From Chloroflexota bacterium (GTDB taxonomy: Bacteria > Chloroflexota > Dehalococcoidia > Lucifugimonadales > JADFKI01), in assembly GCA_027623195.1 (NCBI GenBank), contig JAQBUT010000022.1, forward strand, positions 1-64,000: 64,000 bases of DNA, read 5' to 3'. Of this stretch, positions 59,418 through 64,000 are shown in pieces. The position numbers were made by a program, and so were the translations under genes. Position 1 is the stretch's first letter, and every line of letters begins with the position of its first letter. The notes beneath the pieces are model-generated. The model was not told where the DNA came from. It did not search any database and saw only the letters and a list, made by a program, of their open reading frames with translations.

Positions 59418-60107
59418 ATGGTTCAAGTTATGAATTCATTTGTATTTGTTTTTGAACCAGACGCCGACGTGTGTCACTTCATTACCACCTGTCTTGAGAG
59501 CCAGGGTTACGAGGTCGCGTCTGAGACGGAGATCGTCACGGGAATCTCAAACGTGATGCAACATGACCCAGGCGTCGTCATATTGGCAGAGGATATGCCC
59601 ACGCTGAGTGGAATGGATCTGCTTCCTCTACTTAGAAGGCGCTCCGCCGTCCCCATCATCGTGACCGGCAAAGGCACCGAGACCGCGGTGGTCGGCGCAT
59701 TATTGCAAGGCGCAGACATGTATCTGCCAAAGCCTATAAATCACAAAGAAATGGTCTGTCGTATTGGAGCTTTGCTTCGGCGTATGGACCTATTGATGAA
59801 TGAGAAGGGCAAGGCAACCGATGTGGAAGCGTTGGAGAATGCCCTGCTTGAAACTGTTAAGAACGCCTTGACCGACACAGAACGACGACTCTTCCACTGT
59901 CTGCTGGAAAGGGCAGGCCGGGTCGTTGAGCACGATGAACTAATGGTAAAAGTGTGGGGCAAGGTCGTAAAGAAAGAGCGATTGCGTTTCTACGTACACA
60001 GCCTGCGCCGGAAGCTTGCGTCGGCAGTATCCATAAACTTGCATACGAGAAACGGTGTCGGATACCTACTGGAACACCAGGTAACCAAAACTGAAGGGGT
60101 CGCATAG
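59418..60107 (+). CDS. OmpR-family atypical response regulator
   Basis: Receiver PGVVILAEDMP...GADMYLPKP; wHTH LTDTERRL, VWG, LRRKL, GVGY; start 59418 or 59430. Confidence 0.85.
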   Translation: MVQVMNSFVFVFEPDADVCHFITTCLESQGYEVASETEIVTGISNVMQHDPGVVILAEDMPTLSGMDLLPLLRRRSAVPIIVTGKGTETAVVGALLQGADMYLPKPINHKEMVCRIGALLRRMDLLMNEKGKATDVEALENALLETVKNALTDTERRLFHCLLERAGRVVEHDELMVKVWGKVVKKERLRFYVHSLRRKLASAVSINLHTRNGVGYLLEHQVTKTEGVA

Positions 60108-60608
60108 ATGGTTGAATGGTACGTAGCAAAGAGCAAGCCTCAAAAAGAGGCGTGGCTTACGACAAGCTTGTCTGCCCTTGGGGTGGAGGTCTTCTATCCC
60201 AGAATGATCTCGCACCGCCGAGGTAAAAGGACGCTGGAAGCCCTGTTCCCAACTTACGTATTTTGCAAATTCGATATCGGTTCGCCGGAGTGGCCCGCTA
60301 TACGTTGGGCACCCGGTCTGAGCTACTTCCTAGGTATTGACGGACACCCCATGGCAATTCCAGAGGACCTGATAGAGTACATCGGCAATCGAGTCCGCTG
60401 GTGGAACGACGATGGCTCTAGCCCGCAGCACATGGAGCCTGGCACGCCAGTCGTGGTGTCCCACGGACCTTTCGCTGGACTCGAAGGCATATTTGAACGC
60501 CACGTCAGTTCAAGGCAGAGGTGCAGGGTGCTGCTGCAGGTCGTCGGAAGGTTATCTCCCGTCGAGTTGGAAGAGACTGACTTAGCGCTGGCTCTACCCA
60601 AGATGTAA
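60108..60608 (+). CDS. NusG/RfaH-family transcription antitermination factor
   Basis: WYVAKSKP, LFPTYVF (NGN domain), GPFAGLEGIF (KOW domain); starts immediately after the upstream stop (TAG ATG). Confidence 0.9.
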   Translation: MVEWYVAKSKPQKEAWLTTSLSALGVEVFYPRMISHRRGKRTLEALFPTYVFCKFDIGSPEWPAIRWAPGLSYFLGIDGHPMAIPEDLIEYIGNRVRWWNDDGSSPQHMEPGTPVVVSHGPFAGLEGIFERHVSSRQRCRVLLQVVGRLSPVELEETDLALALPKM

Positions 60609-60948
60609 CAAACGGCTCGGCGGTGTCCGGATAAGTCACCGCGTTCTTCTAGGGGCGGCCTTCTTCAACGGCAACATAGGCCCCTGAATTAGCATTATTA
60701 GTCAACATGAGTCTCAAAGTTATTGGCTAGGCCAGGGCTTAGAGACAGGTTTAGGAGCAATGCAACTGACCCGGCACAGGCGCTCCGTAGTTATGCCGGA
60801 TACGGCGATTCACTCAAGTGAATATCGATGGGCCAAGAAAAACAATCTAATGACCCAATTGAGAATGAGCCGGACGATGTCGGGACTGCGGCAGCGTGGG
60901 AACATTTCATCGCAGGGTGCATGGATACCTTAACGAAGGGGCAACATA

Positions 60949-62301
60949 GTGAAGGTTAGCGTCATAGGGTTCGGATATGTTGGGTCGGTTGTGGCGGCAG
61001 GACTTGCCGACGCAGGCCACGAAGTTATCGGCATCGACAACGACCACGACAAAATAGAAGCCTTCCGCAGCGGGATCATTCCCATCTACGAGCCAGGTCT
61101 TTCCGAGCTAGTGCTGGACACCATCGAGAGGGGAACACTTCGCCTGATACATATGGATGAGGTCGAAGAGCCCCTGGGTGATGTGATATTTATCGCCACG
61201 GGCACACCGATGTCGGATTCCGGTTCTGCCGATCTCAGCCAGGTATATTCCGTCATCGAGTGGATTAAAAGGGTTCAACCAGACAGTGGCGTAATTGTGA
61301 TGAAGAGCACAGTCCCTCCTGGCACAGGAGCCAGAATTCAGGAGAGGCTGAAGCAAGGGACAAGCCTTCGTTATGTTTCCAACCCCGAGTTCCTTCGAGA
61401 AGGCCAGGCGGTGGCGGACTGGTATAGCCCAGACCGAATCGTCCTCGGCAGTGAAGACGGAGGCGCCATTCAGACGATAGCGAATTTGTACGACAGCATT
61501 GTCGCGCCGACCATGATTACGGACATAACCAGCGCCGAGATGATCAAGTACGCCTCCAACGCCTTTTTGGCTACGAAAATCTCTTTCATTAACGAGATAG
61601 CTGCCCTTTGTGACAGGGTTGGTGGCTTGGTGGACGAGGTCGCCAAAGGTATCGGGATGGATGCCAGAATCGGCAGCAGCTTCCTACAAGCTGGCGTGGG
61701 ATACGGGGGCTCTTGCTTCCCCAAGGACGTAAAGGCTTTGGACCACGTGGCGCTTGCTAACGGACATAGCTTCGAACTGCTAAGAGCCGTAACAGCGGTT
61801 AACAACCGACAGCGGCTGCTACCTCTAATTGCGCTAAGGGCGCGCTTCGGTCTTCTGACCGGCCTCAAAGTGGCCGTTCTGGGATTGGCATTCAAGCCAA
61901 ACACCGACGATGTGCGAGAGTCGCCCTCACTGGAACTAATAAAGCTTTTGTCCAATGAAGGCGCGACTGTATCAGCGTATGACCCGATGGCAATTCCCTC
62001 GGCGCGCAAATTGCTTCCCGCCAATATTAACTTAACGGACGACCTTATGGGTTGTGTTGACAACGCTCAGGCAGTCGTTCTAACCACCGAATGGTCTCAG
62101 ATAGTGAATGCAGACTGGCCAAGCGTTGCAAGATGTATGGCCGCCCCCAGGATGCTGTTTGACGGTCGTAACGTTTTGAATCAACAGGCTATGGTGAACA
62201 TAGGTTTTGAGTATGTCGGTGTAGGTAGAAATGCCTGCGTAGGGAATCACAAAAATATCTCCGAAGTGGAGCTACAGAGGAGTTCAGCATTCAAGCGGTA
62301 A
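60949..62301 (+). CDS. ugd: UDP-glucose/GDP-mannose dehydrogenase
   Basis: GFGYVG, KSTVPPGT, SNPEFLREG, GYGGSCFPKD, GLAFKPNTDDVRESP, DGRN. Confidence 0.93.
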   Translation: MKVSVIGFGYVGSVVAAGLADAGHEVIGIDNDHDKIEAFRSGIIPIYEPGLSELVLDTIERGTLRLIHMDEVEEPLGDVIFIATGTPMSDSGSADLSQVYSVIEWIKRVQPDSGVIVMKSTVPPGTGARIQERLKQGTSLRYVSNPEFLREGQAVADWYSPDRIVLGSEDGGAIQTIANLYDSIVAPTMITDITSAEMIKYASNAFLATKISFINEIAALCDRVGGLVDEVAKGIGMDARIGSSFLQAGVGYGGSCFPKDVKALDHVALANGHSFELLRAVTAVNNRQRLLPLIALRARFGLLTGLKVAVLGLAFKPNTDDVRESPSLELIKLLSNEGATVSAYDPMAIPSARKLLPANINLTDDLMGCVDNAQAVVLTTEWSQIVNADWPSVARCMAAPRMLFDGRNVLNQQAMVNIGFEYVGVGRNACVGNHKNISEVELQRSSAFKR

Positions 62302-62352
62302 TCAAATCTTGGCTGCACAACAACACATTCCAGATTCGATAAGTGTGACAAA

Positions 62353-63408
62353 ATGAAGAAGAACTACAGTAACGGAATTGGACCCAAAATCGTAATCATC
62401 GGCGGAGGGACGGGAAGTTCCACGGTCTTGAAAGGCCTTAGGAAATTCAACGTCCAGCTCAGCGCGATTGTGACGATGTTTGACAGTGGAGGCAGCTCGG
62501 GCCAGTTGGGCCGCGAGTTCGGCTACCCTCCTTTCGGTGACCTGCGCCAGTGTCTAGTGGCCCTCAGTGATGAGGCCGAGGACACGAGAGTGCTGCGTGA
62601 GACGCTACAGTTTCGCTTTGGCGGCAATAACGGACTTTCCGGACATAACGTCGGCAACCTTCTCATGGCCGGGCTAATGAGCCACAGCGACGACCTTGAC
62701 CAGGCCGTCGATGAAATATCGAAGATGCTCCGGGTTCAAGGCAATGTGATTCCGGTCACCTCTGAACGGGCAGAATTGTGTGCCACGCTAGAGAACGGGA
62801 AAATTATCAGAGGCGAGTCCAATATTGATGTCCGCCTGGAGTCTCTACCGAGAATCACTAATGTATTCCTGGAGCCCTGCGTTAGCGCAAGTCTGAAGGC
62901 CGTTAATGCCATTCTCGAGGCAGACGCCGTCGTGCTGGGGCCAGGGGACCTTTACACCAGCATTATCCCCAACCTTCTTGCAGACGGCATACCACAAGCG
63001 CTGGCCGCATCCAACGCCACAAAGATTTACGTTTGTAACCTCATGACCAAACGAGGCGAAACTGATGCCTACAAGGCTTCGGATTTCGTGAAAGAGATCA
63101 GCGGATATATTGGGTCGGCATCGCTAGATTGGGCAGTTGTGAATACAGGGATGCCGGAACATGTTGTTAAGACAGCGTACAAGGCCGAGCAAGCCTTTCC
63201 AGTGAAAGCAGATCTAGACGCTGTACAGGCCTATGTGCCCGGGGTTATGGCCTCATCTTTGGGGACCACCGACCTTCCGCTGAGGCACGACTCATATCAG
63301 ACGTCTGCGTCCATCATGGAGGCAATCCGAATAGGGAAGCTCGACAGATCTCATCAGAGTACTGGCGTTTCTCATTTCAGCCCTGCCAAACAGCCGATGG
63401 TTGGCTGA
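62353..63408 (+). CDS. YvcK/GlmR (UPF0052, CofD-related) family protein
   Basis: IGGGTG, DSGGSSG, GDLRQC, GHNVGNL, GES.I, GPGDLYTSIIPNL, NLMT..GET, RHD. Confidence 0.9.
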   Translation: MKKNYSNGIGPKIVIIGGGTGSSTVLKGLRKFNVQLSAIVTMFDSGGSSGQLGREFGYPPFGDLRQCLVALSDEAEDTRVLRETLQFRFGGNNGLSGHNVGNLLMAGLMSHSDDLDQAVDEISKMLRVQGNVIPVTSERAELCATLENGKIIRGESNIDVRLESLPRITNVFLEPCVSASLKAVNAILEADAVVLGPGDLYTSIIPNLLADGIPQALAASNATKIYVCNLMTKRGETDAYKASDFVKEISGYIGSASLDWAVVNTGMPEHVVKTAYKAEQAFPVKADLDAVQAYVPGVMASSLGTTDLPLRHDSYQTSASIMEAIRIGKLDRSHQSTGVSHFSPAKQPMVG

Positions 63409-63469
63409 AAATTAACGAATTTACTACAGCACGATTTCGACCAATCGAAAGGGAACAGGGTAGCCTTAT

Positions 63470-64000
63470 ATGGCGGTAAACCTTAACCCTAGCAGTATCA
63501 TCAGGTGGCTATTACACCCCAGTTCTAAGATTCAACAGCGGGTGGCTCACGCTGCCATCTGGAGTTTCCTATCCAGATTCGGCGAGCGCTTCATTGAGTA
63601 TGGACGACTAATCATTCTGGCAAGGCTTTTGACTCCGCAGGACTTCGGTCTCATGGGTGTGGGGCTAATAGCCATCTCGGCCATGGAATCGCTGACCAAA
63701 CCTGGTCTTGCGGAAGCGATTATCCAAAAAAAGGGCGACGTTCACAAATACCTGGACGTTCTCTGGACTGCTGGCCTGATCAGGTCAGCCCTGGTAGGGG
63801 TTCTGCTGGCACTGTTGTCGCCATTAATCGCACGCTTCTTCGACGCTCCCGAGGCCCGAATGATCCTGCTGGCCATGGCGGGCGCGGTGCTGGTGAATGG
63901 ACTGATCAATTCGGGTACGGTTCTTCTTCAGAAGGAACTGGAATTTCACAAGGTATCGGTCAACGGCATAGCGCCGATCATGGTTGCTACAATCGTGTCC
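63470..64000 (+). CDS. Polysaccharide flippase (Wzx/PST family), 3'-truncated by window; not in ORF track
   Basis: MAVNLNP...RVAHAAIWS...ILARLLTPQDFGLMG...QKELEF. Confidence 0.88.
   Translation, partial: MAVNLNPSSIIRWLLHPSSKIQQRVAHAAIWSFLSRFGERFIEYGRLIILARLLTPQDFGLMGVGLIAISAMESLTKPGLAEAIIQKKGDVHKYLDVLWTAGLIRSALVGVLLALLSPLIARFFDAPEARMILLAMAGAVLVNGLINSGTVLLQKELEFHKVSVNGIAPIMVATIVS

Overview
A 64-kb chromosomal segment of mostly housekeeping and catabolic genes. Gene style (luciferase-like monooxygenase, enolase-superfamily dehydratase, CocE/NonD, many GAF domains, 'LRL-WPD' response regulator) suggests Chloroflexota/Dehalococcoidia, SAR202-like; this is an inference. Contents: the 3' end of an HU gene, a hybrid histidine kinase, tag, hyi, an AceE-like ThDP enzyme, aroQ-like, plsY, two tandem cyclophilins, tRNA-Ile2(CAT), an aminotransferase, thrC, a six-GAF/PAS protein, lspA-rluA-gltX-yqeY-purQ-(2 half DMTs)-purL, fmdB-dtd, nadC/nadA/miaB, tRNA-Ser(GCT), moaE/moaD, SDR, SQR-like, panE-like, acsA, LLM/hydrolase/MBL, a pentapeptide-channel gene, CocE, and the start of a polysaccharide locus (ugd, yvcK-like, wzx). 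I found no CRISPR, integrase, transposase or rRNA. The most system-like observation is the front end of the polysaccharide locus: two OmpR-type regulators lacking the phospho-acceptor Asp (the first interrupted by an in-frame TGA), 10-bp-phased TTCAC repeats, a coupled NusG/RfaH paralog and a hairpin-rich leader. Also notable: a moaD missed by the ORF track (CTG start, capped Gly-Gly), a CIRCE-like operator before fmdB-dtd, a kinase-less six-GAF sensor, a VWA/anchor-X/TM/FHA-like protein, and several enzyme homologs with substituted catalytic residues. All product calls come from motif recognition, not database searches.
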